Positions 12,130 to 24,644 of a DNA stretch of 64,000 nt are shown here, one piece after another. The translations under genes were made by a program, and so were the position numbers. Source of the stretch: Octopus bimaculoides (Eukaryota); the NCBI RefSeq assembly GCF_001194135.2, contig NC_068986.1, forward strand, positions 7,124,794 to 7,188,793. The letters run 5' to 3'. Each line of letters begins with the position of its first letter. Positions within the stretch are counted from its first letter, which is position 1. Under the pieces are notes generated by a model. That model saw only the letters and a program-made list of their open reading frames with translations, ran no database searches and was not told where the DNA came from.

Positions 12130-12814
12130 CACAAAGCAAAGGTCAAACCAAATTCCTCTTTGTCTCTGACCCACTGAAATGTCTGATAGAATTCAGAGAA
12201 TATGCAATATGCATAACTCAAGGTCTGGGTTCAAATACCACTCTTTTCAGATGTTTCACCAAAGTCTCAGGAACGGCTAGAATATAAATGGAGGATCTAT
12301 AACATGCCATACTTTTGTAGAAAGTCCTGTAAAGGAGAAATAAAGGAGACTTGTTAAGACTGGAGGGAGGAACATAATGAAAATAGAGACACCTAAGTGA
12401 GGAATGACTGAATATATGATGTGGGAAAAAGTGATCAAAGGCTCTAAGGAATATAATTTCCATACTGAAAGATAAATACAGTAAAAACCTATAAAATCAA
12501 AAAATAGTCTATATAGCACTCGTTGGAAACAAAATAATATAGCTAGTGCCGATATTAGCTGAGTATGGTTGGCTTTTAGTGAAAAAAAAAATATATTTAA
12601 GCAATTTAAAATGTAACCTCAAATGTAATACATGCATCAGTGATATTGAGAATAAGCGTCCATTTGCCATTAGTTTATAGTTAAAGACTCCTTGTCTGAA
12701 TCGACAATGTAAATATATTTCCAAGGATAAGACACCTGATGTTGACTGAAGATTAAACCAAATGAAATATATTTTAGGTACAAATCTTGAAAAGGTTTCA
12801 TCTCTAAAGATGTC

Positions 12815-13010
12815 ACTAAGACACTTTATTTCATGTTGCTCCAGTTCACTCAGCTGTAGAAATGAGTTGTGACGTCACTGGTGCCAAGCTGTATCAGCCT
12901 TTGCCTAAGTCTAGTATGCATGGGTGACTGCTGGTCTTCCATAAACAACCTTGCCTGGACTTGTGCCTTGGAGGGGAACTTCCTAGGTGCAATCCCACAG
13001 CCATTCATTT
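12815..13010 (+). mobile_element. SINE family B, 5'-truncated (fuller copy on - strand at 44390-44710)
   Basis: agacactttatttcatgttgctccagttcactcagctgtagaaatgagttgtgac...gggtgactgctggtcttccataaacaacc matches the reverse complement of 44390-44640. Confidence 0.75.
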
Positions 13011-13650
13011 TTTATGAACAATAACTTATTCCAAACATTTGGACATTTAATTTCTTAAAATTATTTAGGAAAAATTTCACTTTCACTTTTAATTTTTTTT
13101 TAAAGCCACAAGGCTGTAATTCTGTTATTTTTATATCCTGGTGTTGGATAAATAATTGAATGAAGCAGGGGGAAAGAAAGTATTCACACAATACACTACG
13201 GTTATTGTTACATGAGGTTAAATGCTGCCTGACAACAGCTCACAGCAAACTGCTTCCTTAATCAATTGCTCACCGTTCTTTATTTTATAGCAATGAGTCA
13301 TTCCACTTATAGTCACTTGGTGGGTGGTCAGAATCCTTCCACAACAGTTATTCTTTGAGTTGGTAGTGCAACCTTGTTAATTTTGGCTACAGTAATTATA
13401 AGAAGCTACTCAAAACAAAATCCTATTAAATTCCAGATTATTGCAGATGATGATGACAATGGTAGTGGTACCACCAATGTCTGTTATTCTCATGATTCTC
13501 TCCAGCTTTGATGTTTCTCTGGGTTACCTATTTCACATCTCAGCTCCTTCCTGCCGCTTGGAGAAGCAACCCTTTCTTTAATCCATGCATTGTCCTGAGT
13601 ACGGCCATCAGCTAGGTACTCTCAATAGGTCAGGTAGTTAGGGTTAGGCT

Positions 13651-13686
<36 letters not shown>

Positions 13687-13689
<3 letters not shown>

Positions 13690-13900
13690 TCATCATCATC
13701 ATCATCATCATCATCTTCCATGCTGGCATGGCTTAGATGGTTTCATAGGAGCTGGCTAGGATGAAGACTGCTCCAGGCTGCAGTGTCTGTTTTGGTATGG
13801 TTTTTATGGCTGGATACCCTTCCTAACATCGACTGCCACACAGTGGTCTGAGTGCTTTTTATGTAGCACCAGCACTGGTAAGGTCACCAAGTAACTTGCA
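13687..13900 (-). mobile_element. RTE 3' tail copy adjoining (TA)n
   Basis: (cat)n-cttccatgctggcatgg...ggctggatacccttcctaac. Confidence 0.75.
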
Positions 13901-14408
13901 AGACAAAGATCCTTTGAGAGGGGAGGGAGCATTGGAGATGAAAAGTTAGTGTGGTAGGCAGAAACAGGTGTCTTGATGTAGAGGAGATACATGGTTACCT
14001 GGTTGGGGGGTGGGGGTGGAGAGAGAGTGAGAGAGATGGTGAAGTGAAGTGTCAGGACATACTCAAAAGGAACGGGGATCAGAATATAAATGGGATGGTA
14101 GAGTAGAGCAAGGAGGGAGAGATGGATGATAGCAAAGTTCCAGGAGATACCCTCAAGGTACGGGTGTCATTATATAAATGGCAGGATATTACTAAAAGTG
14201 TGTGAGTGATGAGTAGAGACTTCACATGGATGCAGAGAGGAGTGTGAGGGTTGTGAATGCAGTGCCTGGTGAAACCTGGGTGTATAAAGGGGGTGGGGAA
14301 CTATGGGATAGCAATGATACAGTGAGCAGGGCAGGGAGGACTGGATTGGGGAATGAGAGGTAAGCATAGAGCATGAAAAGAGGAAATGTGAAGAAGAGAA
14401 GAGAAGAT

Positions 14409-14812
14409 CATCATCATCATCGTCATCATCATCGTTTAACGTCCGCTTTCCATGCTAGCATGGGTTGGACGATTCGACTGAGGACTGGTGAAACCGGATG
14501 GCAACACCAGGCTCCAATCTAATTTGGCAGAGTTTCTACAGCTGGATGCCCTTCCTAACACCAACCACTCAGAGAGTGTAGTGGGTACTTTTACGTGTCA
14601 CCCGCATGAAAACGGCCACGCTCGAAATGGTGTCTTTTATGTGCCACCCGCACAAGCCAGTCCAGGGGCACTGGCAACGATCTCACTCGAAAATCCTACG
14701 GGAGCCAGTCAGGCGGTACTGGCAACGGCCACGCTCAAAATGGTGCATCTCATGTGCCACCCGCACAAGAGCCAGTCCAGGGGCACTGGCAACGATCTTA
14801 CTTGGCTTGCCG
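14409..14812 (-). mobile_element. Complete 3' UTR of an RTE LINE subfamily (ORF stop to (gat)n tail) with hairpin modules
   Basis: Right end cttacttggcttgccggg is the reverse complement of the ORF end ...TRQAK* seen at 62700-62716. Contains repeated gccagt...actggc modules. Confidence 0.85.
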
Positions 14813-16246
14813 GGTTTGGTTTTTGAGGTAGGGTGTGGGAAAAGTTTTATTGTTACATGTGGGTGGAACACACAAGGCTTCTAGAATTCAGTTTCACTGA
14901 AGTGGGCAGATCTTCTCAAGAACCATTGAAAATGGCAAATTCATTATGAATATTAATCTTACTCATTAATTTAATTACAAATCTTAATGGAAAACATTTG
15001 TTATACCCCTGCTTGAAATTTGGTGGCATTGGGTGTGGCAGTACAACCAATTCAGCAACCACCATATGCCACTGATATATGTATGACACCCTTCTTTTCA
15101 GTTGCATTGGTTGCTTGGTGCTATTGTAGAAGATACCTGCCCTAGGGGCTATGCAGTGGCACTGAAATTACAACCATATGGTTGCAATGTGAGCTTCTTA
15201 ATCATATACAAAGTTGTATAATTTACTGGTTTGGCATTTCATAATTTAATTATTCCATATTATTGGAATTAAAACTGTATCAGTTATAGTGGAATTTTTT
15301 TAGTCTCAGGATAATTGAGATTTTTGCTCTTGAATGGGTTAACAAAATCTCTGAATCTCACTTCATTTAATGCCTGTTATTTCATTCTGCACACAAATTT
15401 ATTAACTTATAAAAATAGAAACAGATGTACTTAAAGTGTTTAAAAATTGCATTGTTCAAACTGGTTTTTTTTAATGGTTTTCTCAGTGAAGTTTAAGTTA
15501 CAATTTATAACATTTATTGCAAAAGCGTTATGTGAATAGTAATTTTTCTAAAATGATTCATATACATTTTTACGAACACCGTTTTGGTTTTTCTCTGTAT
15601 AATTATATAAAATATAAATATGTAATTATAAGTATCATCCAAGTGGATTGCAATTATAACAGAAAACGAGATGAAGCAATCATAATAGATAGCATTGAAA
15701 GAAGACAGACAGTTCAATAAACATGTTCACAAGCTGTTGTAGCTTCTTTGTCTTTCCTTCTTTCTCTTGCTATTGACTGCTGTTCAGATATTATTGACTA
15801 CCATATTTATATGAGTATTTTATACACCTTTTTGTTGATTTTTAAACTTAAATATTAGGTGTGCACATTATAGACGAGAATTAAATGTGTCAAGTTATCA
15901 CAATGTTTGTGATGGCATGATGGAAGTTTGTTAGTTGTATCTATTGTCCAAGCAAACTGATGATTCACTGTAACAATGTTACATTTTTCTATAATGAGAA
16001 TGCATTAAATTTTTAGTACAATTGTTAGACACAAGACCCTTGGAATTACTGCTATCAAACCTGAGTACACAAGGCCAGAATGTAATGATATTACCATTGT
16101 CAAAATATTCTTTGAGTTATTTAATGTGAAAATTAATAAAGCAATAAAGATTATATATAGATACTGTCATTATCAAAGTATAAGCTGTAAAAAAAATTAA
16201 AAACCCCTATTAGTTAAATAATATAATTATTCTAATGAATATAAAA

Positions 16247-16600
16247 ATCAAAATCAAATGGAAATTGCAGTTGTGATCCCCCGTACCGGTGGCACATAAA
16301 AATCACCATCCAAACGTGGCTGATGCCAGCGTTGCCTTGACTGGCTTCCGTGCTGGTAGCACATAAAAAGCAACAACCGATCGTGGTCATTGCCGGCCTC
16401 CTCTGGCCCCTGTGCTGGTGGTACATAAAAAGCACCCACTACACTCTCAGAGTGGTTGGCGTTAAGAAGGGCATCCAGCTGTAGAAACACTGCCAGATCA
16501 AATTGGAGCCTGATGCAGCCCCCTGGCTTCCCAGACCCTAGTTGAACCGTCCAACCCATGCCAGCATGGAAAACGGACATTAAACGATGATGATGATGAT
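16247..16600 (+). mobile_element. RTE 3' UTR/tail copy with modules
   Basis: Three ggtggcacataaaa-like modules followed by the standard tail ending aaacgatgatgatgat. Confidence 0.8.
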
Positions 16601-18877
16601 CCATCATATACATGTCTGTTGCATGAACTAAAGTTTTTTTCATAATGAATGTGTTTAGATTTGGCATTATGTCTTTTATTGCCTTCCATACTTATTGGAT
16701 TTTCTCAGGTTAACCCTCAAGAGTAGACCTTACACTTTTACAGCCTGTACTCGTCAAGTTCAAATGTCACAGTTTTAAGTGGATGTTTCAGCAATTATAA
16801 TACATCAGACTCAGCACTTCTTTTTCTTATACATCATAATAGAAAAAAACAGATTGTATTATACATGAGCTGTTTTTTCCAGGACTGCTTATATGGTGTG
16901 CATTATACATTGGTGCTCTTTATATTTGAATACATATTTTACTGTCTTAGTCTCTCTCTCTTTCTCTCTGCCTCTCATTCAGATATTTATAGCATAACAC
17001 ACATAAAAACAAATTTGACATAACTGAGTTTGTATTGGAACTCATAAATTACAACTGAAATCTTCACGTGTTTTTGGATCCAGACTGGAATGCCAATCAT
17101 TTTAGAAATGCTGGTTGCAGTTGCATACATTTATCTTTCTCCCACCATACACTTGCATTATTTCTTCATCAACATAGCCATTTGTTTGAGTGCTCTCTGT
17201 AATCTTATCATGCATTTTTAATCATTCAAATTTACATAATTTATGTCAAAAGTAATTATGTAAAAATGTGTCAGGTGAATCATGTTTGACCTTGGATAAT
17301 TCTGAATTCATTCCTCAATCTTCATAACCATTTTAAGATTGGTGAGATTGATGTGATTCGACAATTATGAAGTCAGTGGATGAGGTAAGGGGTAAGGAGA
17401 AAATTTGAGAGTGATAATATTCAAAGGACTGGGGGATGGGTAAAAATTTAAATGGAGGTAGGGAATGAGTGATTTAGCAAAATGAAATGGCATGTGAGCA
17501 GCCACTGCAAGGAGTATTAGTCCCTATTGAAAGGGGAGGACAAAGAGGCAGTAACTGCAGGTTGCAGTGTATTGATAATTGATTCCATGTTAATCTATAA
17601 GGTGATCTTTTTGTTTTGGTGGGGGGTAGCAAGTGAAATGAAGTCTGGGATGTTTGGTAACAAAATTGTGGGAATAGCAGCAGTCTAGTCTAGATCAGAC
17701 TTGAGATGAACAGGAACTGTTTGGAGCTCGAATATGTTTGGCTTTAAACAGAATGACCAGCATTTTTGGATGTAATTTTTGTTGTGTTGTGGAAAGATTG
17801 AGAGATGTACAGAGTTCTTCCTGATTTTAATTGTTTTGTTCATACCAAGTGTGGAGTAGAAGATCTAAGAGAGAAGAGGGATGAAAGCCTTAGATAGGAA
17901 GTTTGGTGGTTTGCAGTTCAATGTTTTGTTGATGTCAAGTTGTTTTTGCCTGAATTCTCTCAAAGAGAAGGACTCATTCATGAGTAACATAGAGAAATAT
18001 ATCTCCAGTAGATGCAACTTCATGGACTCTTTCCTTATAGTTATTGAGAACGATGAAGGATTCAGGCTGTTGGGAAATATGGTTTTTAATAATTGTCTCT
18101 ATCACCTTTGAGATGTTGAGAGTGAAATAAAGTAAGAATTTGTGGAGAAAAGGTGTAGCATCTCTTGATATGGGTTACTCTGCAACATGTTTCCAAAGAC
18201 TGAGAGAGAAGTAAGTGGAAAGGAAGTAATTAAAAAGTTTGGTGAGGATAGGAACTAGCACTGGAATGATTTGTTTTACTGTAATGGAAGGATCACTGTA
18301 AGAACTATTGAAGTAGTCCGGTTGGATATGTGTGAAGTTGGGTGAGACCCTTGGAATCTTTTGCTTACTGAGGAATCAAACTGAGATGCAAGATGCAAGA
18401 ACTAAGGATACAAGATTTTATGTCAACTGATAGGGTAACCTCCTGTTGTGTCATCTATGGTTGTGGACCATTGTATCTGATGGTAGGTTGCCATTGAGGA
18501 TCTTACTATGCATAGCGAAGTGTTGTTAGCACATTGTGATATTATATTTCCTTGCTAGAAACCTTGCAACAGTAGGAATATTAAACCGAGCTGTGTGTTG
18601 AGAATACCAACCCCACAGTATTTTGTCCAACTTTTTATTAATTCTAGCAGCCATTGTTCTACATACTTATCCTTGTTCACTTCTATTCTTTTAACATACA
18701 TGCCTATCAAAAAAAACTATTATTTTATCAACCTAACAAAGAAATACACAACATGAATTTAAAATCTTATACATATTCTGTGCTTAGTATTTCTTGAAAT
18801 AAAATATTTTCCTCTAAGATCACAATTGATATTTCTTGAAAATTATAAGTAATTTTATTATTTTTGATTACTTTTAG

Positions 18878-19062
18878 ATCATACGGCCCGTATTTGGTGC
18901 ATTGAATCAGGTGTTGCTTTACAGCAGTATATTGGCCATCAAGGTTCAGTTAACTCAATCCGATTCCATCCTAATCAAGATCTAGCCTTAACAGGCTCCG
19001 GAGACAGAACTGCGCATATATGGAAAATGCAGTTTACTTTACCGTCCCATTTGGAATTTATG
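18878..19062 (+). CDS. WDR37: WDR37 coding exon 5 ([12 protein letters not shown]...[13 protein letters not shown]...GDRTAHIW...LEFM)
   Basis: cttttAG acceptor, atg|GTTAGT donor (phase 0). Contains GH...SVNSI.FHP...D.TAHIW WD40 repeats. Confidence 0.96.
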
Positions 19063-19176
19063 GTTAGTACTATGAAATATCTACTTTTATTTATTTGAAA
19101 TTAATAGCATACTTCCACCTTTCAGGACTGTTTTAGTTTCATGTGATGTTGAACAAATTTCTTTTGCTGTCATGAT

Positions 19177-19350
19177 TGGTGTGGCTGTGTGGTAAGAAGT
19201 TTGTTTTCCAATCACATGGTTCTGGGTTCAGTTCTACTGTATGGCACCTTGGGTGAGTGTCTTCTACTAAAGCCTCAGACTGACCAGAGCCTTATTAGTG
19301 GATCTAGTGGACAGAAACTGAAAGCAGCCTGTCATATGGATGTGGGTGTG
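19177..19350 (+). mobile_element. tRNA-derived SINE family A (5' half)
   Basis: A-box-like tggctgtgtggt and B-box-like ggttcagttc; body matches 37632-37800. Confidence 0.85.
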
Positions 19351-19400
<50 letters not shown>

Positions 19401-19402
<2 letters not shown>

Positions 19403-20565
19403 GGGGTTGGACAAAATAATAGAAACACCTAGCATCATAATTTTGAAATATCTATAAAACCGTCAAAAGCTTGTTTATTTCTATGTTTTTATTTATTTAT
19501 TATTAGTGTTGCTCAATATGTTTTGCTAAAATTGCTGTTTCTTTTCAGATATAATCAGAAAAAGGTAATTAAAATTCATTAAAATGACAGATCTATAGGA
19601 CTTTCAAAGAGGTCAAATTGTTGGTGCTTGTATATAAGGCACTAGCATAAAGAAAACAGCCAAAATCTTTGGTGTATCAAGAAGTACTGTCTCAAAAATT
19701 TACTTGCTAAAGAGGGAAAAACCTCCTCGTCAAAACAGAACTCCAGAAAAAAACCAAAACTTTCAGATAGGAACCGTTGGACTCTTACACAAATTGTTAG
19801 AAAGGATCACAAAAGTACAGCCCCAAAATTACTGCAGAGCTTAATGACCACCTTGTGAATCCAGTTTCCACAAAAACTGTTCACTGGGAGCTGCACAAAG
19901 CCAGATTTCATGGGAGGGCTGCAATCAGAAAACCACTACTTTTAAAAACAAACGTTGCAAAGTNNNNNNNNNNGGCTGCAATCAGAAAACCACTACTTTT
20001 AAAAACAAACGTTGCAAAGTGTTTAGAGTGGAGTAAAAACCTACAAAATTGGTCCCTAGAGCAGTGGAAGAATGTTGTTTTCTCAGACAAGTCATTCCTT
20101 TACCTTATTTCTGACCCCCAGCTGAGTATACATGTGGAGACAGCCAAAAGAAGCATTTGACCTAGACTGCCTTCTTCCAACTGTTAAACATGGAGGAGGA
20201 TCTGTGATGAAATGGGGGGCTATATCTTGGAAATTTGCCGGCCCAATGGTTTCTCTTTCTGGCAGAATTAATAGTTAAGACTATTTAAGCATTTTATTTG
20301 ATCAAATTCATCCTATGGTTGCAGAACTGTTTCCAGAGGGAAATGTAATCTTCCAGAGTGATAATGTACCAGTTCACACAGCTAAAGTTGTTACTGAATG
20401 GCATGAGGAACATTCTAGTGAAGTTGAACATCTTATCTGGCCACCACAGTGCTCAAATCTCAATATTATTGATATTTATGGTGCATTTTAGAAAAACAAG
20501 TAAGGAGTTGATATTCTCCACTGTCATCACTACAAGAACTGGAGACTGTTTTAGCTGAAGAATGG
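19401..20565 (+). mobile_element. Tc1-family DNA transposon, decayed transposase
   Basis: TIR ccggggttggacaaaataatagaaacacc after TA. Fragments DFQRGQIVG, WKNVVFSDK, PTVKHGGGSV, FQSDNVPVHT, WPPQCSNLNII. The 3' end runs into a gap. Confidence 0.92.
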
Positions 20566-20704
20566 NNNNNNNNNNNNNNNNNNNNNNNNNNNNNNNNNNN
20601 NNNNNNNNNNNNNNNNNNNNNNNNNNNNNNNNNNNNNNNNNNNNNNNNNNNNNNNNNNNNNNNNNATATATATATATATATGTATATATATATGTATATA
20701 TATA

Positions 20705-21250
20705 CATACACATACAGGTCTTCTCAAGCATATCATATCGCGTGATGCACCAAGGGTGCTCTTAAATGGGCTGGACATGTAACATTGGCATCGGCCATGA
20801 GTGCGATCTCACTTTAGTCACCAGGTCTTCTCAATCACAGCATATCTCCAAAGGTCTCAGTCTCCTGTCATTGCCTCTGTGAGGCCCAGTGTTTGAAGGT
20901 CATGCTTCACCACCTCATCCCATGTCTTCCTGGGTCAACCTCTTCCATAGGTTCCTTCTACAGCTAGGGTGTGGCACTTCCTCACACAGCTGTCTTCATT
21001 CATATGTAACACATGACCATACCAGTGCAGTCGTCTCTCTTGCTCACCACATTTGATGCTTCTTATGCCCAACTTTTCTCTCAGGGCATTTACACTCTGT
21101 CGTGTATGCACACTGTCATTACACATACAGCGGATCATACTAGCTTCATTTTTTTCAAGCCTACACATGTCCTTGGCAGTCATGGCCCATGTTTCACTGC
21201 CGTGTAGCATAGTAGTTTGCACACATGCATCATACAGTCTACCTTTCAGC
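20705..21250 (-). mobile_element. RTE LINE C-terminal fragment plus start of 3' UTR
   Basis: KGRLYDACVQTTMLHGSETWAMTAKDMCRLEKNEASM...RRLHWYGHV. Confidence 0.9.
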
Positions 21251-21259
21251 CATTCAAAC

Positions 21260-21465
21260 ACTCGATTGAGCTCACAAAATCAATGCCAACTGAGCATTGA
21301 GTTTTCAAAAAATTCCAACCTTATTTGAACTTCAGGACATGCAATCTATTTCTGTGTGCCAAATATCATTAAAATCGGTTGGGTAGTGAGGGAAGAGTTA
21401 GAGTAACCCCAAACACACACACACACACACACAGACAGACACCATTACACATTTATGTACATAGA
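21260..21465 (+). mobile_element. Possible Helitron-type non-autonomous element end
   Basis: gtgccaaatatcattaaaatcggttgggtagtg...agagtaac-(ca)n-gacagac...catttatgtacatagat resembles recalled invertebrate Helitron/HINE 3' ends; not verified. Confidence 0.4.
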
Positions 21466-21477
21466 TGTATGTATATG

Positions 21478-21511
<34 letters not shown>

Positions 21512-21519
21512 CTCTTTTA

Positions 21520-22117
21520 TGGAGAGTTAGCTAAAGGAGAAAGACCTCAACATAAATCAAAAAGCAGTATAAAGACATGCTGAAGGCTTCCTTGAGAGAT
21601 GCTAGCATCCCTCCTGACTCATGGGAGGGCATAGCTATTGACTGTAGCAGGTGGAGAAGGATTGTGCATGAAGGGACAGCTACTTTTGAGAAATCTCGAG
21701 TTGCACATGAGAAAGTAAGGAGGGATGTCAAGAAGGGTATTGTTGTTGCACTTCCAGATGGTAAGGGTTTTCCTTTGACGCTGACATGCAGTGTCTGTGC
21801 AAGACCCTGCCTCCATAAAGCGAGACTGATGATTGACAACCATGCCACTGGTGGTGGTGCTACGCACCATACTAATCATATCTGTCAGGCATGTGGAAGG
21901 GAGTGTGATTTGGCAGCAGGACTTAAACGACATGCAAAGGTACATGAAGCCCAATTGCAACTACAGTTGGCTATTGCCAGTAAAGGTTTTAGCTGCCAAT
22001 TCTGTGCAAGGCATTGTAAATCTTTGCCTGGGCTAAAAAGTCACATTCGATCATATCACTGTTAGCAGTTAAGCCTTGTGCAATGGCCATACTCTATAAC
22101 AAGGGGGCAACCATCAT
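21520..22117 (+). mobile_element. 3' end of a BovB-like RTE LINE with C-terminal C2H2 zinc fingers
   Basis: Nucleotide and protein similarity to 35254-35480 ([19 protein letters not shown]...RWRRIVHEG). The ORF ends ...CQFCARHCKSLPGLKSHIRSYHC*. Confidence 0.85.
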
Positions 22118-22119
22118 AT

Positions 22120-22712
22120 ATAGAGAAGACCCGGCAAGCCAAGTGAGACCTAAATCCAAGGCCTCTGCCAGGGGTGTAGCCAACCCACTTATGCATACCT
22201 TTCATTCATTGGACTCTAAACCCCGCTTGCGAAGACCTGTTGAGGCAAGTGAAATTGAAATTGAACTAAATTCGACGACTGGCACCCATGCCAACGTCGT
22301 CTCCTTCGTTGGACACAAAACTCGGCTTGTGAAGACCTGTTGGGACAAGCAAAAGCGAAATCGTGATGGCACCTGTGCCCAGCGTCACCTTCCTGGCACG
22401 TGTGCCGGTGGCACATGTAAAGACATTCGAGCGAGATCATTGCCAGTGCTGCTGGACTGGTTCCTGTGTAGGTGGCACGTAAAATACACCATTTTAAGCG
22501 TGGTTGTTGCCAGTACCACCTGACTGGCCTTCGTGCCGGTGGCATGTAAAAGCACCCACTACACTCTTGGAGTGGTTGGCGTTAAGAAGGGCATCCAGCT
22601 GTAGAAACTCTGCCAAATCAGATTGGAGCCTGGTTTAGCCATCTGGTTCACCAGTCCTCAAATTGTCCAACCCATGCTAGCATGGAAAGCGGACATTAAA
22701 CGATGATGATGA
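22120..22712 (+). mobile_element. Long-form 3' UTR of the EKTRQAK-type RTE LINE
   Basis: Starts gagaagacccggcaagccaagtga (EKTRQAK*), contains repeated gaagacc...caag units and hairpin modules, ends in the (gat)n tail. Confidence 0.85.
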
Positions 22713-23865
22713 TATAAAAAAAAGAAAGCAAAAAATGGAACAAGAATGTAACAAATGAATGAGAATGTGAAAGTAGCTGATAAACAGACATAAACAAATC
22801 TGAATTCAAAACAGTCGCAGAATCACGAGTGACAATGACGCCTAACGGCAGATATTGGAACTGCAGTGCAATATGAGCTCCAAAAGACCAATAAGACAAC
22901 ACAGCTGATTTCTTGATTTTGTTCACTAAGCTACACTACTTTATGGTGTGTATCTTAACATTTACTGTACGTATTTTAATATGATTTTATATGCTTTTAT
23001 TCTTATTTGTTGTACAGTAACATTATTTTATATTCTTTTAACGGTTTTCAAGTAATTTTTCAATTCCAATATTTGTGGTGGACAGACGTAAAGTCAAGTA
23101 AAATGACTTGATTTTTATTTTTCCATATATTATTTTTGAAAACAAACATATAATCGAGAACAAATCAAATCAAAATGACGTAAGCCAAGCCAAGGTAGAT
23201 ATNNNNNNNNNNNNNNNNNNNNNNNNNNNNNNNNNNNNNNNNNNNNNNNNNNNNNNNNGATCTTATGAAGTTAATAAAAAGAAAATGGAGAAGAAAAAAT
23301 ATAATAGATAATACTTGGTTCATTTTATTTGTATCACAATGGAAAAGTAATGCAAAGCAAAAGTGATACATATGAGAATAAGTATAAAAGAAACTGGATC
23401 AACAAAACACTAAAAAGTATCTGAAAATATCCTACACATGTTTCAATCTTACAGTATGTTTAAATTATCAACATTCAAACAATTATTGATGTAAAAAGCC
23501 ATATATTGTCGGGTATCTTCAGGGAAAAGTAAGTATATTTACTGGTCTTGAATTACGAAATAACTAATTTGAGGACTGTGTTTTGAAATTTTCAACTGTA
23601 AACAACTTATTAGGATGTGGAGTTCATGTGATTAGACATTGATCATTGAAATTTAGCTAATATTGAGAGTTAAAGATATCACAATGCATTTGAAAAATGT
23701 ATTTATATAAGTTTATGGGAGGAAAATGAGATAAAGATAAATGTAACTTATCATTAAGAGTGTAAGATACAAAGTGTTAGATTAAGAAATGTAAAGAAAG
23801 AAGCAATGAAAAGTATGTTTATATTATACTATGATAATACCGTTCTATATTTAAGAGGGATTATA

Positions 23866-24087
23866 TACATTATTTACATTTGAAGGATATTTGTCCACGG
23901 GCATATGGTGTAGTGGTTAAGAGTGCGGGCTACTAACCCCAAGATTCCAAGTTCGATTCCAGGCAGTGACCTGAATAATAATAATAATAATAACAACATT
24001 GAATGAGAACCCAGTTTCAATATTTCCCCAAGACACCTGATGAAGGCTGGCGGATATATCATCCGAAACGTGTTAACAAACAAGATG
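23866..24087 (+). mobile_element. tRNA-headed non-autonomous element with a Penelope-type hammerhead-like 3' part
   Basis: A box TGGTGTAGTGG 23906-23916, B box GTTCGATTCC 23951-23960, (aat)n spacer, then GACAC-CTGATGA-A-GGCTG..CATCC-GAAACG at 24032-24070. Confidence 0.65.
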
Positions 24088-24382
24088 ATAATGTTTATTA
24101 GAAATAACACAGAGAAATATTATAATATTGGTATTTTTTAGGATTTAAATGGGTTAGGATATACTTTCCGGAGTTCTAAGAAAAAAACATTAGGTATATA
24201 AAAAGTCTATATTGTACCTACTTAGGAAATGTGAAAGGAATTTAAAACTGGTGTTATAGTTTTTTTTATTTCTTTAGATCATAATATGAGTAACTAGTAA
24301 TCTCCCTTTATTCACATGGCTAGACATGTCAGTTTTTATTATAATTCAAAAATGTTTTACTAGAGAAATATGTCTATAAGGT

Positions 24383-24387
24383 GTATG

Positions 24388-24421
<34 letters not shown>

Positions 24422-24539
24422 TGTATGTGTAAATGGTACACAAATACAAATGCAAGTAACAGGACATTAATAACAGGTGTATATGTATATATGTGTGTGT
24501 TTATGTATGTGTATATATGTGTGTGTGTATGTATATATA

Positions 24540-24575
<36 letters not shown>

Positions 24576-24640
24576 TGTATGTATGTATGTATGTATATAT
24601 ATATGTATGTATATGTAATAATATATTATGTATATGTAAT
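24383..24640. repeat. Compound (TATG)n/(TA)n microsatellite
   Basis: Read directly. Confidence 0.9.
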
Positions 24641-24644
24641 GATA

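Noticed and set aside
12733-12775. aagacacctgatg...gaaatata, sharing 13 nt with the hammerhead at 24030
   Set aside because: The core reads CTGATGT, and there is no convincing stem II or stem I partner. At best a highly decayed relative.
17340-18600. Purine-rich 1.3 kb block, possibly an old antisense PLE/LINE RT (similar texture at 57300-57780)
   Set aside because: Only vague motif resemblance; I could not read a diagnostic RT motif by eye.
23899-23971. Possible tRNA gene (ACT anticodon loop)
   Set aside because: The anticodon stem has only 3 pairs, the acceptor stem is poor and there is no poly-T terminator. It is a tRNA-derived element head.
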